The translations under genes were made by a program, and so were the position numbers. Below are positions 11,001 to 25,300 of a DNA stretch of 64,000 bases, in pieces; within the stretch, counting starts at the first letter, position 1; each line of letters opens with the position of its first letter. Below the pieces are notes generated by a model that saw nothing but the letters and a program-made list of their open reading frames with translations, did not search any database and had not been told where the DNA came from. Source of the DNA: Laetmonice hystrix. Taxonomy: Eukaryota. The stretch lies in the NCBI GenBank assembly GCA_965235115.1, contig OZ249436.1:24678001-24742000 (forward strand), in the 5' to 3' direction.

Positions 11001-14000
11001 AAGAGGAACTTCACTGTCCCATTTGATTCTCCAGCACGTATAGGATGTTTCAAGTAACATTTATCCACGGTCTGGCCCAATAACGTGCAACAAGGCATAG
11101 TAAGTCAATGCGAGCTCGCATGTCAAACCTAACCCGCCCCCCAGCACATGAGCTGAAAATATTCAAATAGCTTGAAAACTAGAATATAGCTTTGCTTAAT
11201 ACCATTATACCATCAACTCGCATTACAGGCCTAATGCGAAGCTCCCAGCCTAAAACGAGTTTCCAATTAATTTAAAGTTAACAAGATGCACTAATAATCG
11301 ATTCCAAGCCTAATTAGGCCATTGCTAGTTGGATAACCAAATCTCATACAAAATACACCCTCCCGGCAGATGACCTGAGAATATTCAACTCTTATGTCCG
11401 ATATATCCCTGTCCGCTTAGTAGCACCCAGCCGGGCCCCCATTTTGACATTGCAACACCAATACAGCAAGTGCCCAGCTAACAGCACAAATAACAGGATT
11501 CAGGGCTTCCTACCACGTTACAAGTCACAATAGATTGCTGCCTGTCGTAAAAATATACCAGACCATTTTAAAAAGTCACAGAACCCCAATCCGGCCCTAA
11601 TATGTCACTCCCAGTACCAATACACGCTGGAAGCACCATCAACTGAAATTCAGGCCTAGAACCCACCTCTCTCTACCAATATCATGCACCTAGTCCGTTA
11701 ACGAGGTTGTAATTTACTTTAATCAACGGGCTGCGCCGCAGCAACCCACTCTGGTCTTTGCAATCTTTTTCAATATGCGTTAACATTTGTAACCAGCTCA
11801 ACGCGCCTTGTAAAATTTTTCAAAGTGCGTAAAAGTGTGTGTCCACCCCGACACGCTTTCCAAACCACTATACCCACCGAGCGACATCCACTCAAATACA
11901 GGCTTCGACCGATCCTCACTGTGCCAATAATCCGCCACAAGGCAAATTCAGTCAATGCAAGCTGGAAAATCGAATGTCAAACCTAATGCTCCCCCCCCCC
12001 CCAGCACGTTAACTGAAAATAATCAACTAGCTTGAAAACTAGAATATAGCTTTGTTAAGCTAACAATCTACTCTCCCAGCGCCATCAACTCGCATACAGG
12101 CGTAAAAGCAAACGCACTGCCCCATATAATGCTTCCAGCCTAAAACGATGTTGCAATTAATTTAAAATTAACAAGATGCACTAGTAATCCGATCCAAGCC
12201 TAATTACGTCATTGCTAGTTTCATAACCAAATCTCACAGAAAATACCCCACCCGCGCACATAACCTGAAAATATTCAACTTTTATCTCCAATGTATCCCT
12301 GTGCACCTAGTAGCACCCAAGCGGGCCCAATTTTGACATTCCAACACAAATACCGCAAATACCCGCCTAATGGCACAAAAAACTTTCTACCCCGTTGCAA
12401 GTCACATTAGCTTGCTGCTTGTCGTAAAAAATGGTGCAGACCATTTCTAAAGTCACAGTACCCCACTCCCGGCCTAATATTACGTTTCAGTATCCATATA
12501 CGCTGCAAGCGGCAGGAACTCGAATACAGGCCTAAAAGTAACCCCAGTCTAGCAATATCATACTCTCATGCCATATACGAGCTTGTAATTATCTTTAATT
12601 AATGGGCTCCGCAGCACCAACCCACTGCATTAACATTTGTTTAACAGCTTAACGCACCTTGTAAAAAATTTTCAAGTGCGTAAAAATGCGTGTCCACCTC
12701 CACATACTTTAAAAATCACTATACCCACCCAGCGACATTCACTCTAATACACGCCTAAGAGGAACTTCACTGTCCCATTTGATTCTCCAGCACGTATAGG
12801 ATGTTTCAAGTAACATTTATCCACGGTCTGGCCCAATAACGTGCAACAAGGCATAGTAAGTCAATGCGACCTCGCATGTCAAACCTAACCCGCCCCCCAG
12901 CACATGAGCTGGAGATATTCAAATAGCTTGAAAACTAGAATATAGCTTTGCTTAATACCATTATACCATCAACTCGCATTACAGGCCTAATGCGAAGCTC
13001 CCAGCCTAAAACGAGTTTCCAATTAATTTAAAGTTAACAAGATGCACTAATAATCGATTCCAAGCCTAATTAGGCCATTGCTAGTTGGATAACCAAATCT
13101 CATACAAAATACACCCTCCCGGCAGATGACCTGAGAATATTCAACTCTTATGTCCGATATATCCCTGTCCGCTTAGTAGCACCCAGCCGGGCCCCCATTT
13201 TGACATTGCAACACCAATACAGCAAGTGCCCAGCTAACAGCACAAATAACAGGATTCAGGGCTTCCTACCACGTTACAAGTCACAATAGATTGCTGCCTG
13301 TCGTAAAAATATACCAGACCATTTTAAAAAGTCACAGAACCCCAATCCGGCCCTAATATGTCACTCCCAGTACCAATACACGCTGGAAGCACCATCAACT
13401 GAAATTCAGGCCTAGAACCCACCTCTCTCTACCAATATCATGCACCTAGTCCGTTAACGAGGTTGTAATTTACTTTAATCAACGGGCTGCGCCGCAGCAA
13501 CCCACTCTGGTCTTTGCAATCTTTTTCAATATGCGTTAACATTTGTAACCAGCTCAACGCGCCTTGTAAAATTTTTCAAAGTGCGTAAAAGTGTGTGTCC
13601 ACCCCGACACGCTTTCCAAACCACTATACCCACCGAGCGACATCCACTCAAATACAGGCTTCGACCGATCCTCACTGTGCCAATAATCCGCCACAAGGCA
13701 AATTCAGTCAATGCAAGCTGGAAAATCGAATGTCAAACCTAATGCTCCCCCCCAGCACGTTAACTGAAAATAATCAACTAGCTTGAAAACTAGAATATAG
13801 CTTTGTTAAGCTAACAATCTACTCTCCCAGCGCCATCAACTCGCATACAGGCGTAAAAGCAAACGCACTGCCCCATATAATGCTTCCAGCCTAAAACGAT
13901 GTTGCAATTAATTTAAAATTAACAAGATGCACTAGTAATCCGATCCAAGCCTAATTACGTCATTGCTAGTTTCATAACCAAATCTCACAGAAAATACCCC

Positions 14001-15930
14001 ACCCGCGCACATAACCTGAAAATATTCAACTTTTATCTCCAATGTATCCCTGTGCACCTAGTAGCACCCAAGCGGGCCCAATTTTGACATTCCAACACAA
14101 ATACCGCAAATACCCGCCTAATGGCACAAAAAACTTTCTACCCCGTTGCAAGTCACATTAGCTTGCTGCTTGTCGTAAAAAATGGTGCAGACCATTTCTA
14201 AAGTCACAGTACCCCACTCCCGGCCTAATATTACGTTTCAGTATCCATATACGCTGCAAGCGGCAGGAACTCGAATACAGGCCTAAAAGTAACCCCAGTC
14301 TAGCAATATCATACTCTCATGCCATATACGAGCTTGTAATTATCTTTAATTAATGGGCTCCGCAGCACCAACCCACTGCATTAACATTTGTTTAACAGCT
14401 TAACGCACCTTGTAAAAAATTTTCAAGTGCGTAAAAATGCGTGTCCACCTCCACATACTTTAAAAATCACTATACCCACCCAGCGACATTCACTCTAATA
14501 CACGCCTAAGAGGAACTTCACTGTCCCATTTGATTCTCCAGCACGTATAGGATGTTTCAAGTAACATTTATCCACGGTCTGGCCCAATAACGTGCAACAA
14601 GGCATAGTAAGTCAATGCGACCTCGCATGTCAAACCTAACCCGCCCCCCAGCACATGAGCTGGAGATATTCAAATAGCTTGAAAACTAGAATATAGCTTT
14701 GCTTAATACCATTATACCATCAACTCGCATTACAGGCCTAATGCGAAGCTCCCAGCCTAAAACGAGTTTCCAATTAATTTAAAGTTAACAAGATGCACTA
14801 ATAATCGATTCCAAGCCTAATTAGGCCATTGCTAGTTGGATAACCAAATCTCATACAAAATACACCCTCCCGGCAGATGACCTGAGAATATTCAACTCTT
14901 ATGTCCGATATATCCCTGTCCGCTTAGTAGCACCCAGCCGGGCCCCCATTTTGACATTGCAACACCAATACAGCAAGTGCCCAGCTAACAGCACAAATAA
15001 CAGGATTCAGGGCTTCCTACCACGTTACAAGTCACAATAGATTGCTGCCTGTCGTAAAAATATACCAGACCATTTTAAAAAGTCACAGAACCCCAATCCG
15101 GCCCTAATATGTCACTCCCAGTACCAATAGACGCTGGAAGCACCATCAACTGAAATTCAGGCCTAGAACCCACCTCTCTCTACCAATATCATGCACCTAG
15201 TCCGTATACGAGGTTGTAATTTACTTCAATCAACGGGCTGCGCCGCAGCAACCCACTCTGGTCTTTGCAATCTTTTTCAATATGCGTTAACATTTGTGAC
15301 CAGCTCAACGCGCCTTGTAAAATTTTTCAAAGTGCGTAAAAGTGTGTGTCCACCCCGACACGCTTTCCAAACCACTATACCCACCGAGCGACATCCACTC
15401 AAATACAGGCTTCGACCGATCCTCACTGTGCCAATAATCCGCCACAAGGCAAATTCAGTCAATGCAAGCTGGAAAATCGAATGTCAAACCTAATGCTCCC
15501 CCCCCCCAGCACGTTAACTGAAAATAATCAACTAGCTTGAAAACTAGAATATAGCTTTGTTAAGCTAACAATCTACTCTCCCAGCGCCATCAACTCGCAT
15601 ACAGGCGTAAAAGCAAACGCACTGCCCCATATAATGCTCCCAGCCTAAAACGATGTTGCAATTAATTTAAAATTAACAAGATGCACTAGTAATCCGATCC
15701 AAGCCTAATTACGTCATTGCTAGTTTCATAACCAAATCTCACAGAAAATACCCCACCCGCGCACATAACCTGAAAATATTCAACTTTTATCTCCAATGTA
15801 TCCCTGTGCACCTAGTAGCACCCAAGCGGGCCCAATTTTGACATTCCAACACAAATACCGCAAATACCCGCCTAATGGCACAAAAAACTTTCTACCCCGT
15901 TGCAAGTCACATTAGCTTGCTGCTTGTCGT

Positions 15931-15950
15931 AAAAAATGGTCATGCCATAT
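15931..15950. other. Junction of a 131-bp deletion in repeat unit 9
   Basis: AAAAAATGGT|CATGCCATAT joins the equivalents of unit-1 positions 780 and 912. The local period drops to 1624 bp. Confidence 0.95.
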
Positions 15951-18900
15951 ACGAGCTTGTAATTATCTTTAATTAATGGGCTCCGCAGCACCAACCCACT
16001 GCATTAACATTTGTTTAACAGCTTAACGCACCTTGTAAAAAAATTTTCAAGTGCGTAAAAATGCGTGTCCACCTCCACATACTTTAAAAATCACTATACC
16101 CACCCAGCGACATTCACTCTAATACACGCCTAAGAGGAACTTCACTGTCCCATTTGATTCTCCAGCACGTATAGGATGTTTCAAGTAACATTTATCCACG
16201 GTCTGGCCCAATAACGTGCAACAAGGCATAGTAAGTCAATGCGAGCTCGCATGTCAAACCTAACCCGCCCCCCAGCACATGAGCTGAAAATATTCAAATA
16301 GCTTGAAAACTAGAATATAGCTTTGCTTAATACCATTATACCATCAACTCGCATTACAGGCCTAATGCGAAGCTCCCAGCCTAAAACGAGTTTCCAATTA
16401 ATTTAAAGTTAACAAGATGCACTAATAATCGATTCCAAGCCTAATTAGGCCATTGCTAGTTGGATAACCAAATCTCATACAAAATACACCCTCCCGGCAG
16501 ATGACCTGAGAATATTCAACTCTTATGTCCGATATATCCCTGTCCGCTTAGTAGCACCCAGCCGGGCCCCCATTTTGACATTGCAACACCAATACAGCAA
16601 GTGCCCAGCTAACAGCACAAATAACAGGATTCAGGGCTTCCTACCACGTTACAAGTCACAATAGATTGCTGCCTGTCGTAAAAATATACCAGACCATTTT
16701 AAAAAGTCACAGAACCCCAATCCGGCCCTAATATGTCACTCCCAGTACCAATACACGCTGGAAGCACCATCAACTGAAATTCAGGCCTAGAACCCACCTC
16801 TCTCTACCAATATCATGCACCTAGTCCGTTAACGAGGTTGTAATTTACTTTAATCAACGGGCTGCGCCGCAGCAACCCACTCTGGTCTTTGCAATCTTTT
16901 TCAATATGCGTTAACATTTGTAACCAGCTCAACGCGCCTTGTAAAATTTTTCAAAGTGCGTAAAAGTGTGTGTCCACCCCGACACGCTTTCCAAACCACT
17001 ATACCCACCGAGCGACATCCACTCAAATACAGGCTTCGACCGATCCTCACTGTGCCAATAATCCGCCACAAGGCAAATTCAGTCAATGCAAGCTGGAAAA
17101 TCGAATGTCAAACCTAATGCTCCCCCCCCCCAGCACGTTAACTGAAAATAATCAACTAGCTTGAAAACTAGAATATAGCTTTGTTAAGCTAACAATCTAC
17201 TCTCCCAGCGCCATCAACTCGCATACAGGCGTAAAAGCAAACGCACTGCCCCATATAATGCTTCCAGCCTAAAACGATGTTGCAATTAATTTAAAATTAA
17301 CAAGATGCACTAGTAATCCGATCTAAGCCTAATTACGTCATTGCTAGTTTCATAACCAAATCTCACAGAAAATACCCCACCCGCGCACATAACCTGAAAA
17401 TATTCAACTTTTATCTCCAATGTATCCCTGTGCACCTAGTAGCACCCAAGCGGGCCCAATTTTGACATTCCAACACAAATACCGCAAATACCCGCCTAAT
17501 GGCACAAAAAACTTTCTACCCCGTTGCAAGTCACATTAGCTTGCTGCTTGTCGTAAAAAATGGTGCAGACCATTTCTAAAGTCACAGTACCCCACTCCCG
17601 GCCTAATATTACGTTTCAGTATCCATATACGCTGCAAGCGGCAGGAACTCGAATACAGGCCTAAAAGTAACCCCAGTCTAGCAATATCATACTCTCATGC
17701 CATATACGAGCTTGTAATTATCTTTAATTAATGGGCTCCGCAGCACCAACCCACTGCATTAACATTTGTTTAACAGCTTAACGCACCTTGTAAAAAATTT
17801 TCAAGTGCGTAAAAATGCGTGTCCACCTCCACATACTTTAAAAATCACTATACCCACCCAGCGACATTCACTCTAATACACGCCTAAGAGGAACTTCACT
17901 GTCCCATTTGATTCTCCAGCACGTATAGGATGTTTCAAGTAACATTTATCCACGGTCTGGCCCAATAACGTGCAACAAGGCATAGTAAGTCAATGCGACC
18001 TCGCATGTCAAACCTAACCCGCCCCCCAGCACATGAGCTGGAGATATTCAAATAGCTTGAAAACTAGAATATAGCTTTGCTTAATACCATTATACCATCA
18101 ACTCGCATTACAGGCCTAATGCGAAGCTCCCAGCCTAAAACGAGTTTCCAATTAATTTAAAGTTAACAAGATGCACTAATAATCGATTCCAAGCCTAATT
18201 AGGCCATTGCTAGTTGGATAACCAAATCTCATACAAAATACACCCTCCCGGCAGATGACCTGAGAATATTCAACTCTTATGTCCGATATATCCCTGTCCG
18301 CTTAGTAGCACCCAGCCGGGCCCCCATTTTGACATTGCAACACCAATACAGCAAGTGCCCAGCTAACAGCACAAATAACAGGATTCAGGGCTTCCTACCA
18401 CGTTACAAGTCACAATAGATTGCTGCCTGTCGTAAAAATATACCAGACCATTTTAAAAAGTCACAGAACCCCAATCCGGCCCTAATATGTCACTCCCAGT
18501 ACCAATAGACGCTGGAAGCACCATCAACTGAAATTCAGGCCTAGAACCCACCTCTCTCTACCAATATCATGCACCTAGTCCGTATACGAGGTTGTAATTT
18601 ACTTCAATCAACGGGCTGCGCCGCAGCAACCCACTCTGGTCTTTGCAATCTTTTTCAACATGCGTTAACATTTGTGACCAGCTCAACGCGCCTTGTAAAA
18701 TTTTTCAAAGTGCGTAAAAGTGTGTGTCCACCCCGACACGCTTTCCAAACCACTATACCCACCGAGCGACATCCACTCAAATACAGGCTTCGACCGATCC
18801 TCACTGTGCCAATAATCCGCCACAAGGCAAATTCAGTCAATGCAAGCTGGAAAATCGAATGTCAAACCTAATGCTCCCCCCCCCCCCAGCACGTTAACTG

Positions 18901-19310
18901 AAAATAATCAACTAGCTTGAAAACTAGAATATAGCTTTGTTAAGCTAACAATCTACTCTCCCAGCGCCATCAACTCGCATACAGGCGTAAAAGCAAACGC
19001 ACTGCCCCATATAATGCTCCCAGCCTAAAACGATGTTGCAATTAATTTAAAATTAACAAGATGCACTAGTAATCCGATCCAAGCCTAATTACGTCATTGC
19101 TAGTTTCATAACCAAATCTCACAGAAAATACCCCACCCGCGCACATAACCTGAAAATATTCAACTTTTATCTCCAATGTATCCCTGTGCACCTAGTAGCA
19201 CCCAAGCGGGCCGAATTTTGACATTCCAACACAAATACCGCAAATACCCGCCTAATGGCACAAAAAACTTTCTACCCCGTTGCAAGTCACATTAGCTTGC
19301 TGCTTGTCGT

Positions 19311-19330
19311 AAAAAATGGTCATGCCATAT
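19311..19330. other. Junction of the same 131-bp deletion in repeat unit 11
   Basis: The junction AAAAAATGGT|CATGCCATAT at 19320/19321 is identical to that in unit 9. The local period is 1624 bp. Confidence 0.95.
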
Positions 19331-22300
19331 ACGAGCTTGTAATTATCTTTAATTAATGGGCTCCGCAGCACCAACCCACTGCATTAACATTTGTTTAACA
19401 GCTTAACGCACCTTGTAAAAAATTTTCAAGTGCGTAAAAATGCGTGTCCACCTCCACATACTTTAAAAATCACTATACCCACCCAGCGACATTCACTCTA
19501 ATACACGCCTAAGAGGAACTTCACTGTCCCATTTGATTCTCCAGCACGTATAGGATGTTTCAAGTAACATTTATCCACGGTCTGGCCCAATAACGTGCAA
19601 CAAGGCATAGTAAGTCAATGCGACCTCGCATGTCAAACCTAACCCGCCCCCCAGCACATGAGCTGGAGATATTCAAATAGCTTGAAAACTAGAATATAGC
19701 TTTGCTTAATACCATTATACCATCAACTCGCATTACAGGCCTAATGCGAAGCTCCCAGCCTAAAACGAGTTTCCAATTAATTTAAAGTTAACAAGATGCA
19801 CTAATAATCGATTCCAAGCCTAATTAGGCCATTGCTAGTTGGATAACCAAATCTCATACAAAATACACCCTCCCGGCAGATGACCTGAGAATATTCAACT
19901 CTTATGTCCGATATATCCCTGTCCGCTTAGTAGCACCCAGCCGGGCCCCCATTTTGACATTGCAACACCAATACAGCAAGTGCCCAGCTAACAGCACAAA
20001 TAACAGGATTCAGGGCTTCCTACCACGTTACAAGTCACAATAGATTGCTGCCTGTCGTAAAAATATACCAGACCATTTTAAAAAGTCACAGAACCCCAAT
20101 CCGGCCCTAATATGTCACTCCCAGTACCAATACACGCTGGAAGCACCATCAACTGAAATTCAGGCCTAGAACCCACCTCTCTCTACCAATATCATGCACC
20201 TAGTCCGTATACGAGGTTGTAATTTACTTTAATCAACGGGCTGCGCCGCAGCAACCCACTCTGGTCTTTGCAATCTTTTCAATATGCGTTAACATTTGTA
20301 ACCAGCTCAACGCGCCTTGTAAAATTTTTCAAAGTGCGTAAAAGTGTGTGTCCACCCCGACACGCTTTCCAAACCACTATACCCACCGAGCGACATCCAC
20401 TCAAATACAGGCTTCGACCGATCCTCACTGTGCCAATAATCCGCCACAAGGCAAATTCAGTCAATGCAAGCTGGAAAATCGAATGTCAAACCTAATGCTC
20501 CCCCCCCCAGCACGTTAACTGAAAATAATCAACTAGCTTGAAAACTAGAATATAGCTTTGTTAAGCTAACAATCTACTCTCCCAGCGCCATCAACTCGCA
20601 TACAGGCGTAAAAGCAAACGCACTGCCCCATATAATGCTCCCAGCCTAAAACGATGTTGCAATTAATTTAAAATTAACAAGATGCACTAGTAATCCGATC
20701 CAAGCCTAATTACGTCATTGCTAGTTTCATAACCAAATCTCACAGAAAATACCCCACCCGCGCACATAACCTGAAAATATTCAACTTTTATCTCCAATGT
20801 ATCCCTGTGCACCTAGTAGCACCCAAGCGGGCCCAATTTTGACATTCCAACACAAATACCGCAAATACCCGCCTAATGGCACAAAAAACTTTCTACCCCG
20901 TTGCAAGTCACATTAGCTTGCTGCTTGTCGTAAAAAATGGTGCAGACCATTTCTAAAGTCACAGTACCCCACTCCCGGCCTAATATTACGTTTCAGTATC
21001 CATATACGCTGCAAGCGGCAGGAACTCGAATACAGGCCTAAAAGTAACCCCAGTCTAGCAATATCATACTCTCATGCCATATACGAGCTTGTAATTATCT
21101 TTAATTAATGGGCTCCGCAGCACCAACCCACTGCATTAACATTTGTTTAACAGCTTAACGCACCTTGTAAAAAATTTTCAAGTGCGTAAAAATGCGTGTC
21201 CACCTCCACATACTTTAAAAATCACTATACCCACCCAGCGACATTCACTCTAATACACGCCTAAGAGGAACTTCACTGTCCCATTTGATTCTCCAGCACG
21301 TATAGGATGTTTCAAGTAACATTTATCCACGGTCTGGCCCAATAACGTGCAACAAGGCATAGTAAGTCAATGCGACCTCGCATGTCAAACCTAACCCGCC
21401 CCCCAGCACATGAGCTGGAGATATTCAAATAGCTTGAAAACTAGAATATAGCTTTGCTTAATACCATTATACCATCAACTCGCATTACAGGCCTAATGCG
21501 AAGCTCCCAGCCTAAAACGAGTTTCCAATTAATTTAAAGTTAACAAGATGCACTAATAATCGATTCCAAGCCTAATTAGGCCATTGCTAGTTGGATAACC
21601 AAATCTCATACAAAATACACCCTCCCGGCAGATGACCTGAGAATATTCAACTCTTATGTCCAATATATCCCTGTCCGCTTAGTAGCACCCAGCCGGGCCC
21701 CCATTTTGACATTGCAACACCAATACAGCAAGTGCCCAGCTAACAGCACAAATAACAGGATTCAGGGCTTCCTACCACGTTACAAGTCACAATAGATTGC
21801 TGCCTGTCGTAAAAATATACCAGACCATTTTAAAAAGTCACAGAACCCCAATCCGGCCCTAATATGTCACTCCCAGTACCAATAGACGCTGGAAGCACCA
21901 TCAACTGAAATTCAGGCCTAGAACCCACCTCTCTCTACCAATATCATGCACCTAGTCCGTATACGAGGTTGTAATTTACTTTAATCAACGGGCTGCGCCG
22001 CAGCAACCCACTCTGGTCTTTGCAATTTTTTTCAATATGCGTTAACATTTGTGACCAGCTCAACGCGCCTTGTAAAATTTTTCAAAGTGCGTAAAAGTGT
22101 GTGTCCACCCCGACACGCTTTCCAAACCACTATACCCACCGAGCGACATCCACTCAAATACAGGCTTCGACCGATCCTCACTGTGCCAATAATCCGCCAC
22201 AAGGCAAATTCAGTCAATGCAAGCTGGAAAATCGAATGTCAAACCTAATGCTCCCCCCCCCCCAGCACGTTAACTGAAAAAAATCAACTAGCTTGAAAAC

Positions 22301-25300
22301 TAGAATATAGCTTTGTTTAGCTAACAATCTACTCTCCCAGCGCCATCAACTCGCATACAGGCGTAAAAGGAAACGCACTGCCCCATATAATGCTCCCAGC
22401 CTAAGACGATGTTGCAATTAATTTAAGATTAACAAGATGCACTAGTAATCCGATCCAAGCCTAATTACGTCATTGCTAGTTTCATAACCAAATCTCACAG
22501 AAAATACCCCACCCGCGCACATAACCTGAAAATATTCAACTTTTATCTCCAATGTATCCCTGTGCACCTAGTAGCACACAAGCGGGCCCAATTTTGACAT
22601 CCCAACACAAATACCGCAAATACCCGCCTAATGGCACAAAAAACTTTCTACCCCGTTGCAAGTCACATTAGCGTGCTGCTTGTCGTAAAAAATGGTGCAG
22701 ACCATTTCTAAAGTCACAGTACCCCACTCCCGTCCTAATATTACGTTTCAGTATCCATATACGCTGCAAGCGGCAGGAACTCGAATACAGGCCTAAAAGT
22801 AACCTCAGTCTAGCAATATCATACTCCCATGCCATATACGAGCTTGTAATTATCTTTAATTAATGGGCTCCGCAGCACCAACCCACTGCATTAACATTTG
22901 TTTAACAGCTTAACGCACCTTGTAAAAAATTTTCAAGTGCGTAAAAATGCGTGTCCACCTCCACATACTTTAAAAATCACTATACCCACCCAGCGACATT
23001 CACTCTAATACACGCCTAAGAGGAACTTCACTGTCCCATTTGATTCTCCAGCACGTATAGGATGTTTCAAGTAACATTCATCCACGGTCTGGCCCAATAA
23101 CGTGCAACAAGGCATAGTAAGTCAATGCGAGCTCGCATGTCAAACCTAACCCGCCCCCCAGCACATGAGCTGAAAATATTCAAATAGCTTGAAAACTAGA
23201 ATATAGCTTTGCTTAATACCATTATACCATCAACTCGCATTACAGGCCTAATGCGAAGCTCCCAGCCTAAAACGAGTTTCCAATTAATTTAAAGTTAACA
23301 AGATGCACTAATAATCGATTCCAAGCCTAATTAGGCCATTGCTAGTTGGATAACCAAATCTCATACAAAATACACCCTCCCGGCAGATGACCTGAGAATA
23401 TTCAACTCTTATGTCCGATATATCCCTGTCCGCTTTGTAGCACCCAGCCGGGCCCCCATTTTGACATTGCAACACCAATACAGCAAGTGCCCAGCTAACA
23501 GCACAAATAACAGGATTCAGGGCTTCCTACCACGTTACAAGTCACAATAGATTGCTGCCTGTCGTAAAAATATACCAGACCATTTTAAAAAGTCACAGAA
23601 CCCCAATCCGGCCCTAATATGTCACTCCCAGTACCAATACACTCTGGAAGCACCATCAACTGAAATTCAGGCCTAGAACCCACCTCTCTCTACCAATATC
23701 ATGCACCTAGTCCGTATACGAGGTTGTAATTTACTTTAATCAACGGGCTGCGCCGCAGCAACCCACTCTGGTCTTTGCAATCTTTTTCAATATGCGTTAA
23801 CATTTGTAACCAGCTCAACGCGCCTTGTAAAATTTTTCAAAGTGCGTAAAAGTGTGTGTCCACCCCGACACGCTTTCCAAACCACTATACCCACCGAGCG
23901 ACATCCACTCAAATACAGGCTTCGACCGATCCTCACTGTGCCAATAATCCGCCACAAGGCAAATTCAGTCAATGCAAGCTGGAAAATCGAATGTCAAACC
24001 TAATACTCCCCCCCCCCCAGCACGTTAACTGAAAATAATCAACTAGCTTGAAAACTAGAATATAGCTTTGTTAAGCTAACAATCTACTCTCCCAGCGCCA
24101 TCAACTCGCATACAGGCGTAAAAGCAAACGCACTGCCCCATATAATGCTCCCAGCCTAAAACGATGTTGCAATTAATTTAAAATTAACAAGATGCACTAG
24201 TAATCCGATCCAAGCCTAATTACGTCATTGCTAGTTTCATAACCAAATCTCACAGAAAATACCCCACCCGCGCACATAACCTGAAAATATTCAACTTTTA
24301 TCTCCAATGTATCCCTGTGCACCTAGTAGCACCCAAGCGGGCCCAATTTTGACATTCCAACACAAATACCGCAAATACCCGCCTAATGGCACAAAAAACT
24401 TTCTACCCCGTTGCAAGTCACATTAGCTTGCTGCTTGTCGTAAAAAATGGTGCAGACCATTTCTAAAGTCACAGTACCCCACTCCCGGCCTAATATTACG
24501 TTTCAGTATCCATATACGCTGCAAGCGGCAGGAACTCGAATACAGGCCTAAAAGTAACCCCAGTCTAGCAATATCATACTCTCATGCCATATACGAGCTT
24601 GTAATTATCTTTAATTAATGGGCTCCGCAGCACCAACCCACTGCATTAACATTTGTTTAACAGCTTAACGCACCTTGTAAAAAATTTTCAAGTGCGTAAA
24701 AATGCGTGTCCACCTCCACATACTTTAAAAATCACTATACCCACCCAGCGACATTCACTCTAATACACGCCTAAGAGGAACTTCACTGTCCCATTTGATT
24801 CTCCAGCACGTATAGGATGTTTCAAGTAACATTTATCCACGGTCTGGCCCAATAACGTGCAACAAGGCATAGTAAGTCAATGCGACCTCGCATGTCAAAC
24901 CTAACCCGCCCCCCAGCACATGAGCTGGAGATATTCAAATAGCTTGAAAACTAGAATATAGCTTTGCTTAATACCATTATACCATCAACTCGCATTACAG
25001 GCCTAATGCGAAGCTCCCAGCCTAAAACGAGTTTCCAATTAATTTAAAGTTAACAAGATGCACTAATAATCGATTCCAAGCCTAATTAGGCCATTGCTAG
25101 TTGGATAACCAAATCTCATACAAAATACACCCTCCCGGCAGATGACCTGAGAATATTCAACTCTTATGTCCGATATATCCCTGTCCGCTTAGTAGCACCC
25201 AGCCGGGCCCCCATTTTGACATTGCAACACCAATACAGCAAGTGCCCAGCTAACAGCACAAATAACAGGATTCAGGGCTTCCTACCACGTTACAAGTCAC

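Noticed and set aside
15191..15493. 100-aa ORF (also 18569-18871)
   Set aside because: It arises from a single TAA>CAA change in two related units and shows no protein-family features.
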